From the NCBI GenBank assembly GCA_041690595.1, contig JAWLHB010000011.1:124001-188000 (forward strand): 64,000 nucleotides of DNA, given 5' to 3'. The translations under genes and the position numbers were made by a program. Every line of letters starts with the position of its first letter. The stretch's first letter is position 1. A model generated the notes under the pieces. That model was not told where the DNA came from and did no database searches. It saw only the letters and a list, made by a program, of their open reading frames with translations. Source of the DNA: Lentisphaeria bacterium. Its GTDB lineage: Bacteria > Verrucomicrobiota > Lentisphaeria > JABSQK01 > JAWLHB01. Positions 9,719-20,072 of this stretch are shown here, one piece after another.

Positions 9719-12060
9719 TGGAAACAACACACTCCACACATGCACTTTTCGCGGAGGGCATACTGCCGGGCTGGGGGGCAGTGCTGATCTTTGTTGGCGC
9801 GGTGGCTTTTGTGCTGTGGCAGTATCGCCGGGAGTTTCCGGTGCGGCGATCGGGGTTGACGGTGTGGGTGCTGCCGGGGTTGCGGATCGGCATCGTGGGA
9901 TTGCTCTGCTGGCTTCTGGCACAGCCGGTGATGCGGCGGATCGAAGCGCAGCCGCGCAAGCCGGTGATGCTGATCGTCAATGACGATGGCGCCAGCATGC
10001 AGACGCGGGTGGATTTCGGTAACGTTGCCCGCAAGATCGACCTGCTTGCCAGTCTGGAGGGAGAGCAACCCGCGGGCCGTGATGCGCGAGCCTCGCGGCT
10101 GGCTCGGGAGCTCGGCGAGTTGCGGAGCAGGCTGGAGACGACCGCCGGGGCAGTGCGGGGACAACTGGACAAGCTGGAGATGGGGCTTCCGGTCGGTGCG
10201 GAGCTATCGCGGCGCCTGCTCGGCTTTGTCGACGAGCTGCAACGTTTGCTCGACCGTCTGCCGCTGGAGGGGTTACCGGAGATCAGCGCCAAGCAGCCGG
10301 ATGCCTTGCGGGAGGAACTGGCGGCGGCACAGCGTGAGCGAAATGTTCTCACTGGGCATCTGCAGGTCCTGCTGGACGATGGTCCGCTGGTGGCGCGCGA
10401 GGCGGCGGAGCATCCGGATCTTCTGGAGACATACTCGGCGCGGCTGCGGGAGAGTCTGGAGGCGGTGAATCAGCTGCGGGAGCGTGCGTACGGGGTGCAG
10501 GAGGCGCTCGATGGGGCGACCCTGTCGCCGGAGGTGCTTCGGCGGTACGGTGAACGCACCTTGAGCCGTGGGGAGATCGCGGCGATGTCCGCGAAGCGGC
10601 TGGCCCTGCGTCATGCCCGGGAGTTCGACGTGGTGCAGGTGAGTTCCGGCGGATTGCCGGCCGCGATGACATCGGCATTTCAGCATTACCTGGCGTCGCC
10701 GCTGGATGCGGTGATCATGGTTACGGACGCGACGAGACGGCCGGCCGAGGCGGCGACGCTGCCTGTTCCGGTCTACAGCGTGTTGATCGGCGAGGCGGGG
10801 GTGGAACCGGATGATCTGGCGTTGCTGGTGCTGGAGGCGCCACCCTTGGCCGTGGCGGGAAGCTCTGTGCGGGTGCGCGCGCTGGTGAAGCGGGAGCTAC
10901 CGGAAGGGGTCGCGGGATTTCTGTCGTTGAGGGTAGGGGAAGAAGAGGTGGAGCGCGTGCCGCTGGAAGCGGGGATGCGGGGCGTGCAGAGACTGGAGAC
11001 GGAGGTGACGCTGACGGAGCCGGGGGCGCGGGTAATCACGGGGGTGGTGGTAGCGGATCGCGGGGGAGACGCGTTTGTGGGCAATGAGTCGTTGTCAGCC
11101 AGCGTGCATGTGCTTGCCGCCACCGGACGGGTGAAGCTGGTTGGTAGTCGCCTCGACGACAGCTTTGCGTCCTGGCACAGCATTCTGCGGGCGCAGCCGG
11201 CTCTGCAGGTTGGCCCTCTGCTGGCGGCAGACGATCTGGCGGAGATGAAGATCGGGACGGGAGGGAACGAATTTCCGGGTACGGCTGAGGCGTGGGAGGA
11301 TGTGGCGCTGGCCGTGCTGATCGGCGACATTCCGGCCGTGTTGAGGGAGGCGACGGACGATGCGCCCCTTGTCGGCCTGCGAAAGGCGATTGAGGAGGCG
11401 GGATTGCCGGTACTCGTCCACGATACCGGCGGTCGGGATTCGTGGTCGGCCTGGCTCGGCATCGAAAGCACGCCCGGGGGTACTGGACTACGGCTGCACC
11501 CGGTGGGGGAATGGCGACCGCTGCACCGGCTGGACGTGGACCGGGACGCATCGCTGGCGGCCTGGCAGGCGCTGCCGAAGGTGAGCGGACGCTTTCTGAC
11601 GAGTGACGGAGAGGGTTTGATTGCCACGGCCGATGGCGTGGTGGCGGCGACGCTGTTCCGAGGTAAAGGGCGCGTGACCTGGCTGGGGATGGAGTCATTG
11701 ACGGCACTGCGCACGCGACGCAGCCAAGGGGCGGTCAATCGCCTGGCGGCGGGGTTGGTGGTCCAGGCGCTGGCTGCCGCGCCAGAGAGCGAGGTACGGC
11801 AGGTCTGGGATCGGCTGGCGGATTTCCACCTGGCCCCCCAGGTGGAGCCGCTGCGGGAACTGGCGGCGGAGAGCGGCGGCGAAGTCGTTGAGATCGAGCA
11901 ACTCGACAGCTGGCGAGTGCCGGAGCTTGACGGGCCGGCGGCGACACGCGTGTTGGTGGCCTCCTGGTCGCTCTGGCATGGATGGTGGCCGCTGATGCTG
12001 GTGCTGCTCCTTGGGGGTGCCGAGTATCTCTTGCGCCGACGGGCGGGGAGGGTGATGTAA
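9718..12060 (+). CDS. Membrane protein with degenerate vWA and GATase-like regions (MoxR operon)
   Basis: Two N-terminal TMs, LIVNDDGASM, VIMVTD, LRELAAESGG, C-terminal W..LLGGAEYLLRRR; TGATG coupling to upstream gene. Confidence 0.65.
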   Translation: METTHSTHALFAEGILPGWGAVLIFVGAVAFVLWQYRREFPVRRSGLTVWVLPGLRIGIVGLLCWLLAQPVMRRIEAQPRKPVMLIVNDDGASMQTRVDFGNVARKIDLLASLEGEQPAGRDARASRLARELGELRSRLETTAGAVRGQLDKLEMGLPVGAELSRRLLGFVDELQRLLDRLPLEGLPEISAKQPDALREELAAAQRERNVLTGHLQVLLDDGPLVAREAAEHPDLLETYSARLRESLEAVNQLRERAYGVQEALDGATLSPEVLRRYGERTLSRGEIAAMSAKRLALRHAREFDVVQVSSGGLPAAMTSAFQHYLASPLDAVIMVTDATRRPAEAATLPVPVYSVLIGEAGVEPDDLALLVLEAPPLAVAGSSVRVRALVKRELPEGVAGFLSLRVGEEEVERVPLEAGMRGVQRLETEVTLTEPGARVITGVVVADRGGDAFVGNESLSASVHVLAATGRVKLVGSRLDDSFASWHSILRAQPALQVGPLLAADDLAEMKIGTGGNEFPGTAEAWEDVALAVLIGDIPAVLREATDDAPLVGLRKAIEEAGLPVLVHDTGGRDSWSAWLGIESTPGGTGLRLHPVGEWRPLHRLDVDRDASLAAWQALPKVSGRFLTSDGEGLIATADGVVAATLFRGKGRVTWLGMESLTALRTRRSQGAVNRLAAGLVVQALAAAPESEVRQVWDRLADFHLAPQVEPLRELAAESGGEVVEIEQLDSWRVPELDGPAATRVLVASWSLWHGWWPLMLVLLLGGAEYLLRRRAGRVM

Positions 12061-15000
12061 TGCGGTATCCAGCAAAGACTCCTGGGGTCGTTCGAGATGC
12101 GGTCAACCGCTATGTGCGGCTGCGGCGGCTGGTGGCGTCCGTGGCGATTGTGGCGCTGGGTCTGGCGTTGGCCGGCGCGGTTGCCTTGATCGGGATGGGG
12201 CTGGACCGGTTCTGGGAGCTGCCGGCGGGATGGAGGTCGGTGGGGCCGGTGCTGGCGTGGGTTATCCTGATTTCCGCCGCGCTCGGAGTGCTGGGGTGGT
12301 TTGTCGTCTGGCGGCCACGACCGTTGGCGATGGCCATTCGGCTGGACAACCATTTTCCGATGAATCGGGACACGTGGAGTACGGCGCTGGATCTGGCGCT
12401 TCGGGAGGAGCAGGGGGTGCCTGGCGGTAAGGCTGGCGCCGTGTCACGGGTGTGGGACGAAGCTGCGGCGATACCCGCGCCGGGGATAGGCGAGGCCGTG
12501 CCCAAGGGGTGGCTGGTGCGGGCAGTGGCGGCGTTGCTGCTGATCGCCATGGGATTTCTGATTCTGCAGATGAGCAGCGCTTTCCAGTTGCCATTGCTTT
12601 GGCAGCGCTTCTGGCAACCCGAGGCGAATCTGCCGCGCGACAGCTATACGCGCATCGCGATCGTGCAGGTCAACGGTGCGGCGCATGACGGGGGAGAGTT
12701 GGCAGCACTTCCGGAGGAAAGCGCCTTCACGCTGAGCGTGGCGTTGACCGATACGCGGCCGGGACGCGATCCGAATCTTCTGCCGCCACAGCTGGAGATC
12801 GTGTCGGGGGAGACGGTGCAGATCGTTGAGATGACGCGGGAGCGGGAAGGGTGGGGCTGCAAGCTGCCGCGTGTTCAGGAGGCGTTCCGCTTTCGGGTGC
12901 GCGCCGGCGACGGGCTGACCCGGAGCTGGATCCAGGTAGTAGAGCCACGCATCAAGATCGACGAGGTCCGGTACGCTGTGCGTTTCCCGCGCTATGCCAA
13001 TCGGCCCGATGTCGAGGATCAGCAACTGGAGCTGAAACGCCTGGCCCTTCTGGCGGAGTCGCGAGTAACCTTTCACTTCATCTGCAATGCTGCGTACCGT
13101 GAGCTGACGGCGACGTTCGAGCCATTGGAGAAGCCGACGGCGGAGGTGGCCCCCCTGTCGCAGGAGGAGCTGCTGAAGGTTGGCCGTCAGGGGGAAACGG
13201 AGCAGGCGGCCAGTTCGCGTCGTACTCTGCGGGTATCGCAACGGGATGAGCGGACGGGGCGGCTGAATCTGCGGGTGGAGGAGAGCGGCATCCTGCGAGT
13301 GCAGGCGGTGGGGGAGAATGGGCTGAGCAGTCAGCCATGGGTGCTGGTGATCGAGGCGGTGGCGGATGCTTCGCCGCGGATAACGGTGACAGGCGTCGAT
13401 ATCGACACTACCATCCTTCCCGGCGAGTTGGTGGCGTTTCAGTACCGCGCGGAGGACGATCTGGCGATCGTCGATCTGGTGTTGGCATGGTGGACGGCGG
13501 GGAGCGCGACGACCCACGATCTGGCGGGCGAAGAGTACATCAAGTCGGATGATTTCGGCAAGGCGGTGGTGACCGGCCAGGAGCTGATTCAGCGGATGAA
13601 TTACAAGGTCTATGCGACGCAGCCGTTCGAGTTTCAACTTCTGGCGATCGACAGCAAGGGGCAGGAGGCGAAATCGCTCAAGTACCGCATTCACATCATC
13701 GATGACGATCATGCGGCGCGCTTCGAGCGGGCGATTGAGTTCCTGCAGGGGGAGCGGACCCTGGCGGTCACCTTGCAGCGAGTTTATCGAGAGATCGGCA
13801 ATCAGCTGAACATCCTGCGAACGGCAGTGGGCGAGCGGGATAGCTGGCCGGAAGATCAGGCATCGCTGCTGACTACTCTGGAGAGCCTCTCGCGGCAGAT
13901 TTCGATGGGTTACGAATACGAGCGCAACTACTTCACGCAGCGATATGCGGGGTTCCCCTGGCGGATCGATCGCAGCATCATGCGGATGTTGGCGGCGCGG
14001 CAGTCTCTCGCCAGCAGTGCCGACTATTTTCAGATGCTCGACCTTCTTCGGCAGCCGGGAAAGGCTCAGGAGGCGTTGCGGAAGATGCAGGAGGGAGTGG
14101 AGATGGGGCTGGCGCAGGGGGCCTTGCTGGAAGCCGCCGCCGCCGGTGAGCTGGCCCGGTTCACCGCCGAGCAGGCACTGCAGAGCGCACGCAAGCTGAC
14201 CCAGCGTTTTACCGCCCTGGAAGAGGTGCGTGGCAATGCCGAGCTTCACGCTGCCAACCTCGAGTTCTATCTGAAGGAAGTGGCGACGATGCTGGCGAAT
14301 CTCGACGGTCAACAGGCTCAGCTGCCTGATCTGGAGGCGCTCAAGACGGCGTTGCGACAAGGGCATGCGGAGAAGGATCCCGATGCGTTGCTGCCGTTGC
14401 TGCGGGAGATGACGCGGGTGCTTGCCAGTCATCAACCGCCGCCGACGGAAGCCGGTCGGGCGCTGGTCGCGGATCTGGCTCGCCGGGCTAAGGGGGATGC
14501 GGTGCAGGCGCTTCGTCTCCAGGCGGCCGTGGCGGATGTCATTCGGGCGCGTGGTCAGGAAACACCCCTGCCCGCGGCGGATATCCTGACGCTGGCCGAG
14601 CTGCTTCCCGTGGCGCAGCTGGCGGGAGCGGAGGATTGGTATGATCGACCATTGCCCGGTTACGCGGCCTGGAATCAGGTGCGTGCACTGCACGAGGAGT
14701 TGAGGTCGTTTCATCTGGATATTCGGGCGGCGCGCTACGATCTGTATCCCCAGGCGATGCATGACCGGGAGGCGGTGCTGCGGGAGCACGCCATAGCGGT
14801 CGCCGCGCAGGTAGCGAGGGTGGTGGGGCTGACGCCGGAACGACGGCAGCAGGTTGAAGGGGCGCTGGCGCCATTCCTGGTCACCGGCTTTGCGGAGGAA
14901 CTGGCGGCAAGGGAGCCGGCGGCTCTGGCAGCTCTGAAGGTGGCGGGCAGCGCGGAGGGCCGCGGCGATCTGGCACTGGCCGCCAGGCAGGGGATGGGAA

Positions 15001-16322
15001 CGGTGGCGCGAGAGCTGCGAAGCATAGCCGACGCCGCCGATGCACATGGCGCTAGTTTGTCGACAATGATCGGGACGCGGGAGTTGACGGAGGAGAGCAT
15101 GGCGACGCTGCGCCTGCCCTTTGCAGGCGATGCCGCGATGCTGCAGCGTCGTCTTTTCGGGATGGAGGCAACGTGGCGCGCCGCGGTCTATCTGCTGATG
15201 ATGGAGGAGCTTGGGCAGGGCGCCGCACCTTTGCCGTGGGAGCGGCTAGCGCCGCTGCATGAGCTGCAATTGACGCTGACGACGGTGGCGCTGCGCGCCC
15301 AGGATCGGCTGCAGGGACGGCATCTCGAGGATCTGAAGACCATAGAGGATTACAAGCAGCACAATGAGGTCACTGCGCGCAATGCGCGGGAGCTGGCGGC
15401 TGAGCTGCGCGTCTACGCGGGGTTGATCGAGGCGGTGACGGCGGGCACGCCGATCGAGCATGATTTTTCGGCGATCGTGAAGGAGAGCAAGACGACGGGG
15501 CATCTGGCGAGTCTGGAGACGGAATACCAGTACCTGTCGCCCTATCTGCGGGAGCCGCCGCAAGGTGCCGGCGAGGAAGAGGTGCAGGCTTTGCGCGCGT
15601 CGCAGTTGGGCAAGGTGGTGGAGCGGGAGCGGATCCTGCTGGAGCTGGAGCGGCTGGTACCGGCGGTGCTGGGGGCCGGGCGAGCGCCCGGTGGCGGGCT
15701 GGCTGATCTGCTGCAAGAGGCTAAGACCCTGATCGCGCCGCTGGATGATCCGTCGCTGATGGAGCAACTCGATCAGACGCAGCGTCTCGCCTCCGCGGAG
15801 CAGGTCAATGCAGCGGTGCTGGCCAGGCGTGTGCAGGAGGCAGGCCAGCTCCTGCAGGAGAAGGTTGTACAGCTGCACGGCATGGTGCGGCTGCCCGCGC
15901 TCAACACCACGGGCCGCGAGAATCGGCGCTTCACCAGCGGCGGGGGCATTCCCTACCTGTGGACGATCGCGACGCTGGTGGAGAACTATGATCGCCGCTG
16001 GCTGGCGCACCTGCAGTCAGCGGAGCTCGACCTGGTCCGCGAACTGATGCTGCGCGCCTTTCCGCCTTCGACGCCAGTTCCGCCCGACGCACTGGTGCGG
16101 CAGTACTGCCGGATGATCGAGCTGCGCGCGCGCAACCTGGCGAATGAACAGCGCCGGAATCGGGGTATCGGCTTTCTGCAACAGGATGCGGGGCCATCGC
16201 TTAAATTGCCGGAGCACATCGCGGCGGAGTTCTTCAAGGGGCGTAATCGCAAGTCACCGGAAGGTTTTGCGCAGCCGATCGAACGCTATTACGACAACCT
16301 TTACCGGGATCTCTCCCGATGA
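12060..16322 (+). CDS. Large membrane-anchored helical protein (DUF4175-like, MoxR operon)
   Basis: TAATG coupling; N-terminal TMs, Ig-like FRVRAGDG / RAEDDLAI segments, long helical region, C-terminal IERYYDNL. Confidence 0.6.
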   Translation: MRYPAKTPGVVRDAVNRYVRLRRLVASVAIVALGLALAGAVALIGMGLDRFWELPAGWRSVGPVLAWVILISAALGVLGWFVVWRPRPLAMAIRLDNHFPMNRDTWSTALDLALREEQGVPGGKAGAVSRVWDEAAAIPAPGIGEAVPKGWLVRAVAALLLIAMGFLILQMSSAFQLPLLWQRFWQPEANLPRDSYTRIAIVQVNGAAHDGGELAALPEESAFTLSVALTDTRPGRDPNLLPPQLEIVSGETVQIVEMTREREGWGCKLPRVQEAFRFRVRAGDGLTRSWIQVVEPRIKIDEVRYAVRFPRYANRPDVEDQQLELKRLALLAESRVTFHFICNAAYRELTATFEPLEKPTAEVAPLSQEELLKVGRQGETEQAASSRRTLRVSQRDERTGRLNLRVEESGILRVQAVGENGLSSQPWVLVIEAVADASPRITVTGVDIDTTILPGELVAFQYRAEDDLAIVDLVLAWWTAGSATTHDLAGEEYIKSDDFGKAVVTGQELIQRMNYKVYATQPFEFQLLAIDSKGQEAKSLKYRIHIIDDDHAARFERAIEFLQGERTLAVTLQRVYREIGNQLNILRTAVGERDSWPEDQASLLTTLESLSRQISMGYEYERNYFTQRYAGFPWRIDRSIMRMLAARQSLASSADYFQMLDLLRQPGKAQEALRKMQEGVEMGLAQGALLEAAAAGELARFTAEQALQSARKLTQRFTALEEVRGNAELHAANLEFYLKEVATMLANLDGQQAQLPDLEALKTALRQGHAEKDPDALLPLLREMTRVLASHQPPPTEAGRALVADLARRAKGDAVQALRLQAAVADVIRARGQETPLPAADILTLAELLPVAQLAGAEDWYDRPLPGYAAWNQVRALHEELRSFHLDIRAARYDLYPQAMHDREAVLREHAIAVAAQVARVVGLTPERRQQVEGALAPFLVTGFAEELAAREPAALAALKVAGSAEGRGDLALAARQGMGTVARELRSIADAADAHGASLSTMIGTRELTEESMATLRLPFAGDAAMLQRRLFGMEATWRAAVYLLMMEELGQGAAPLPWERLAPLHELQLTLTTVALRAQDRLQGRHLEDLKTIEDYKQHNEVTARNARELAAELRVYAGLIEAVTAGTPIEHDFSAIVKESKTTGHLASLETEYQYLSPYLREPPQGAGEEEVQALRASQLGKVVERERILLELERLVPAVLGAGRAPGGGLADLLQEAKTLIAPLDDPSLMEQLDQTQRLASAEQVNAAVLARRVQEAGQLLQEKVVQLHGMVRLPALNTTGRENRRFTSGGGIPYLWTIATLVENYDRRWLAHLQSAELDLVRELMLRAFPPSTPVPPDALVRQYCRMIELRARNLANEQRRNRGIGFLQQDAGPSLKLPEHIAAEFFKGRNRKSPEGFAQPIERYYDNLYRDLSR

Positions 16323-17395
16323 AAAGATGGGTCTATCTGATCTGCATGATCGCCGCCGTCGTGGGTGGTCCGGTTTCGGCACAGGAGAGCATACCGACGC
16401 GTGAGCTGCGGGTGCTGCTGGACAACGCGCTGGATTACCTGCGCGCACAGCAGGGCGAGAGCGGCAGCTTTGGCACGGTGCAGCCTCATCTGCAGAGTTC
16501 GCTGGCGCTACTGGCGCTGCTTTCACATGGCCTGGATCGGGAGGACGACCGCCGGCGGGTGGAGCGCGGGGTGCGCTACCTCCTGGGGGCGGCAACGCGC
16601 AGCGGAGATCTCGGTGACGATGAGTTTCGTGTGGAGAGCCACTCCCTGGCGTTGACGGCGCTTCTCTGCGCCCTGCCGCACCTGACGGATGAGGCGCTGG
16701 CTAAAGAGACGGCGGAGATGGTTTCCAGGGCGTTGCGGATGACGCAGCGCATGCAGGATCGCAGCAGCGCGGGCGATTCTCGTGGCGGTTGGAAGATGGA
16801 AGGGTTGAAAGGCCGGGAGAACGACCGGCGCAGCAGTGCCTGGGCGTTGCTTTCCTACCATGCCGGCATCCTCTATGGGCTCGAGGTGCCCGAAGGAAAT
16901 CTCGAACGGGGAATGCGGTTCCTGCTTGCGTCGCATCGGACGGAGTCGGATCGGGTGGATCAGATTGGGGGCTTCAGCGTCGACACGCAGGGGCTGGCAG
17001 TGGCGTCGGTCAGCGCGATGGGGGCCTGGGTGATGGCGACGATGCAGGCGGATCCCGACAAGCTGGCTTCGGCGGTCGCCTGGCTCGAGCGGAATCCGCC
17101 GGTCTGGTCGGGGCCGAACTATTTCTACACCAACTTCTTTCGCCTGCGGGCGCTACGCTTTGCGGCGCCGCCCGGGGAGCCTTTCGCCAAGGCGATGCGT
17201 CGCGTCTACCTGCAGGTGAAGGACCATCAGTTGCCGGGAGGCGCGGTCGATTTTCCGCCGGGCAATGCGCAGAACACGGTAGCCATGGGGGCGGTATTCT
17301 CGACGTCGCTGGCGATCCTCATGCTGAACGTGGAGTCGAGTTGCCTTCCCTTCGATCAGGATTGGCGCCCCCCACCGCTGGTTCAGGCGCCGTGA
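16319..17395 (+). CDS. Secreted prenyltransferase/squalene-oxidase-repeat (alpha/alpha toroid) protein
   Basis: Signal peptide; ALDYLRAQQGESGSF, GVRYLL, GGW and HQLPGG QW-like repeats; usual member of such operons. Confidence 0.75.
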   Translation: MKRWVYLICMIAAVVGGPVSAQESIPTRELRVLLDNALDYLRAQQGESGSFGTVQPHLQSSLALLALLSHGLDREDDRRRVERGVRYLLGAATRSGDLGDDEFRVESHSLALTALLCALPHLTDEALAKETAEMVSRALRMTQRMQDRSSAGDSRGGWKMEGLKGRENDRRSSAWALLSYHAGILYGLEVPEGNLERGMRFLLASHRTESDRVDQIGGFSVDTQGLAVASVSAMGAWVMATMQADPDKLASAVAWLERNPPVWSGPNYFYTNFFRLRALRFAAPPGEPFAKAMRRVYLQVKDHQLPGGAVDFPPGNAQNTVAMGAVFSTSLAILMLNVESSCLPFDQDWRPPPLVQAP

Positions 17396-17396
17396 G

Positions 17397-19457
17397 TCAG
17401 GGTGTGGTCAGGACGACGTGGACCTGATGCGGCGGAATGGCCGGCGAGGAGTCCTGCCACGTGACGGGCTGGTCGGTGGGATTGAGAAGCACCTGGTAGC
17501 TTTTGCCGGCAATCGTGCAGGAGAAGCCGATGAGGGTGTCGTGCGCGAGGCGCTCGACCTGCTGGGGTTCGTCCGGTGAAGCCGGTGAGATGCTGACCAG
17601 GGAGAAGCGGCGATAGCCAGCGGGAAAGGTGGTCTCCTTGGGCAGGAGGGCTGGGTCGGGAGACTCTCCCTGGGCTTCCTGCTCGGGCAGGCGAGGTTGA
17701 TCCGTCAGGCTGAGCTGATGATCCCGGCGGTCGTTCGCGTTGAGAGCAAACCGGCGGGCGCGCTCCTGGATGGTCTGCGCGAAGTCGGTGGCCCAGATGC
17801 GCAGGCGAAGCGCACCGGCCTCCCAGGCGTTGACGCCGTCGGCTTTGACGAGATCGCCGCTGGCGAGGATGAATCGGTACTGGTGGCTGAATTCGTAGGC
17901 GGTCTGATCCTGCAGCGCCATGCTGTCGATGAGTCCGATGAGGCCATGTGGCGTCATGAACCAGAGTTCGGCCATGCGCCATGGCGCGGTCGGCTGCACC
18001 TCGGCCCAGGTGTCGGGCGTAAGGGCTTGGGCGTAGATTGTGCCGGCCGCCGCGACGTCGTCCAGCAGGACGGCATGATGCTCGGCACCGCCGGCGCCGA
18101 GGGTGGTGTAGTCGGCTTCGACTCGCTGGGCGACTTCAAGCGGTGCAACCCGGATGATGGGCCTGGCGAGGTGGAGTGCATCGAAGCCCTTCGTCTCGGT
18201 GCGAACAAGCATGGCGCTGGCGCGGGTATAGGTGAAGGAGCCGGTGGTGAAGGTGCTTGACCATGGGGCGAAGCGCAGGCGCAGCCCCCGGATATCCGGA
18301 TCGCGGATGACGTAGTTGTCGCGAACGGGGACGGGGGGAACCGAGGCCATGCGGCGATAGGCGTGGGCGCCCAGGACGAGGTCGAAACGATCATGAGTGA
18401 CGCGGTCGTCAGCCATGCGGCGAGCGATGGTCGCGTTCTCGCCGTCACCGGTAGCGGCAGCCTTCATGGCCACGTGCTGGGGCCAGAAGGTGCGCCACTG
18501 ATCCTTCCACCAGATATCCGCACCGTCGTTGAAGTAGTAGGGCGGCTCCAGATTCAGGGGATACCAGGGGGTTGAGCGCTCCAGGCACTCCAACGCCATC
18601 CTGCTGCCGGTTGCCCACCAGTAGAGATAGAGCGCCCGCACATTGATGGCATGGTAGTACATGGTCTCGTACTCCAGGTGGCTGTCACCGTGGATGCGAT
18701 AGCGGTAGGGGAACATGCCATTGGGCATCTGGTCGCGGTGGAGGATGGCGACGAGCGTTTGCGCCATGCGCAGGTACTTCGCCTCGCCGGTCAGCAGCCA
18801 GCCGTGGATGAAGACCGCCATGGGATGCGTGGCGATGTTGACGTAGGTTTCGGCTTTCTCCGCCAGATCGTTGTAGCGCTCCGGCTGGGTCATGGCTTCG
18901 ATGCTGGCGATCACGATGGCGCGATACCGCTCGCACAGCTCGTCGCCGATGGCCGTCTTGAGGCTGGGATGGTCGTCGATCGCGAGCAGGGGGAGCGAAT
19001 AATCGTGAAAGGACCAGGAGTCATTGATCTGGTTGGGCACCCACTTTTCGGCCTGTTTGGGATCCTCCGGCCGGGTGGCGAGCTTTTCGAGAAAGCCTTC
19101 CAGCCAGGTGGTCATCATGGTCGGCAGACGCTCGTCGCCCTGAGAGGCGCTGTCGGGAGAGAGGTAGGCCCAGGTTGCCCAGTTGAAGAACTTGGGATAG
19201 CTCTGCCACGGCGTACGTGCCGCTGTCTTTTCCAGATTATCGGCCAGCGCGGCGCGGAGGAAGTCGTTCAGATAGGCGGCCCCTGCATTGGGCGCATCAT
19301 CCGGGGTGGGGGTATTCTCGATAAAGGAGCGATGCCACGGTCCGTCGATCTTCTCGTCCACCGAAATGAAGCGGTAGGAAGATTCATCCATGGCAGGCGA
19401 GGAGAGGCTGACGATACCCATAAGAAGGATTCCCCAGATGACGGTCCAGTGGTGCAT
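17397..19457 (-). CDS. Secreted hypothetical protein (probable helical toroid + beta-sandwich, lyase/hydrolase-like)
   Basis: 686-aa ORF with signal peptide, aromatic-rich helical N-half (QMPNGMF, YYH), beta-rich C-half. Confidence 0.55.
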   Translation of the reverse strand: MHHWTVIWGILLMGIVSLSSPAMDESSYRFISVDEKIDGPWHRSFIENTPTPDDAPNAGAAYLNDFLRAALADNLEKTAARTPWQSYPKFFNWATWAYLSPDSASQGDERLPTMMTTWLEGFLEKLATRPEDPKQAEKWVPNQINDSWSFHDYSLPLLAIDDHPSLKTAIGDELCERYRAIVIASIEAMTQPERYNDLAEKAETYVNIATHPMAVFIHGWLLTGEAKYLRMAQTLVAILHRDQMPNGMFPYRYRIHGDSHLEYETMYYHAINVRALYLYWWATGSRMALECLERSTPWYPLNLEPPYYFNDGADIWWKDQWRTFWPQHVAMKAAATGDGENATIARRMADDRVTHDRFDLVLGAHAYRRMASVPPVPVRDNYVIRDPDIRGLRLRFAPWSSTFTTGSFTYTRASAMLVRTETKGFDALHLARPIIRVAPLEVAQRVEADYTTLGAGGAEHHAVLLDDVAAAGTIYAQALTPDTWAEVQPTAPWRMAELWFMTPHGLIGLIDSMALQDQTAYEFSHQYRFILASGDLVKADGVNAWEAGALRLRIWATDFAQTIQERARRFALNANDRRDHQLSLTDQPRLPEQEAQGESPDPALLPKETTFPAGYRRFSLVSISPASPDEPQQVERLAHDTLIGFSCTIAGKSYQVLLNPTDQPVTWQDSSPAIPPHQVHVVLTTP

Positions 19458-19542
19458 GCTTTGGCTCCAGTGCGATTGAAGGGTTGTGACTCAATCTTCC
19501 CGCTGAATGGATCTGGATCAAGCGGCTCCGCTGAATTCAGGC

Positions 19543-19571
19543 TTGCGGACTGAGGTGATAGAGGGTATAGT
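19543..19571 (+). promoter_or_regulatory. Promoter candidate for metal-efflux operon
   Basis: TTGCGG-N17-TATAGT 40 nt upstream of ATG 19612. Confidence 0.35.
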
Positions 19572-19611
19572 GGCCGCTCAATGTCATTACCATAGTTGAA
19601 GTTGGACCATC

Positions 19612-19998
19612 ATGGCTGCAGTGCGGCGCTACATCTTGCCTTTGCTCATTCTGGCCGTTCTGGTGAGTGGATTCAGCGGGGATCTGCGGGTATGCCTTGG
19701 CGCAGACGGTCATCTGCACGTGCTCGCCATTGACGAGCATATCTGCCATGAGGAGACCGCGGATCGGCAGATGCATGACGACGAGCACGGCATCTGTCTG
19801 GATCTCCTGCTGTGCGCGGGAAATGGCTACTGTCTGCGCGAAGTCCGTGCCAGTCAACCGCTGCCGCTGGTTCCGCCCGCGCCATCTGAATTCGTGTCTC
19901 GCTTCCTCGCTTTGCGTGAGACGAGGGTGATACTACCTGACACGGAGTATACGCGATCGTCGCTGGACGATCTGCGTACGATTGTGCTTCTGCTCTGA
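19612..19998 (+). CDS. Small exported His/Cys-rich protein upstream of RND system (CzcI-like position)
   Basis: Hydrophobic N-terminus, VCLGADGHLHV, HICH, HDDEHGIC, C-terminal LRTIVLLL. Confidence 0.6.
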   Translation: MAAVRRYILPLLILAVLVSGFSGDLRVCLGADGHLHVLAIDEHICHEETADRQMHDDEHGICLDLLLCAGNGYCLREVRASQPLPLVPPAPSEFVSRFLALRETRVILPDTEYTRSSLDDLRTIVLLL

Positions 19999-20072
19999 TA
20001 TGACCTCTTGCGGATCCGTGCCCACCAAGGGCGTTCTGTACGTTGTCATGTCCTCCCAGCAGGAGCCTATCC

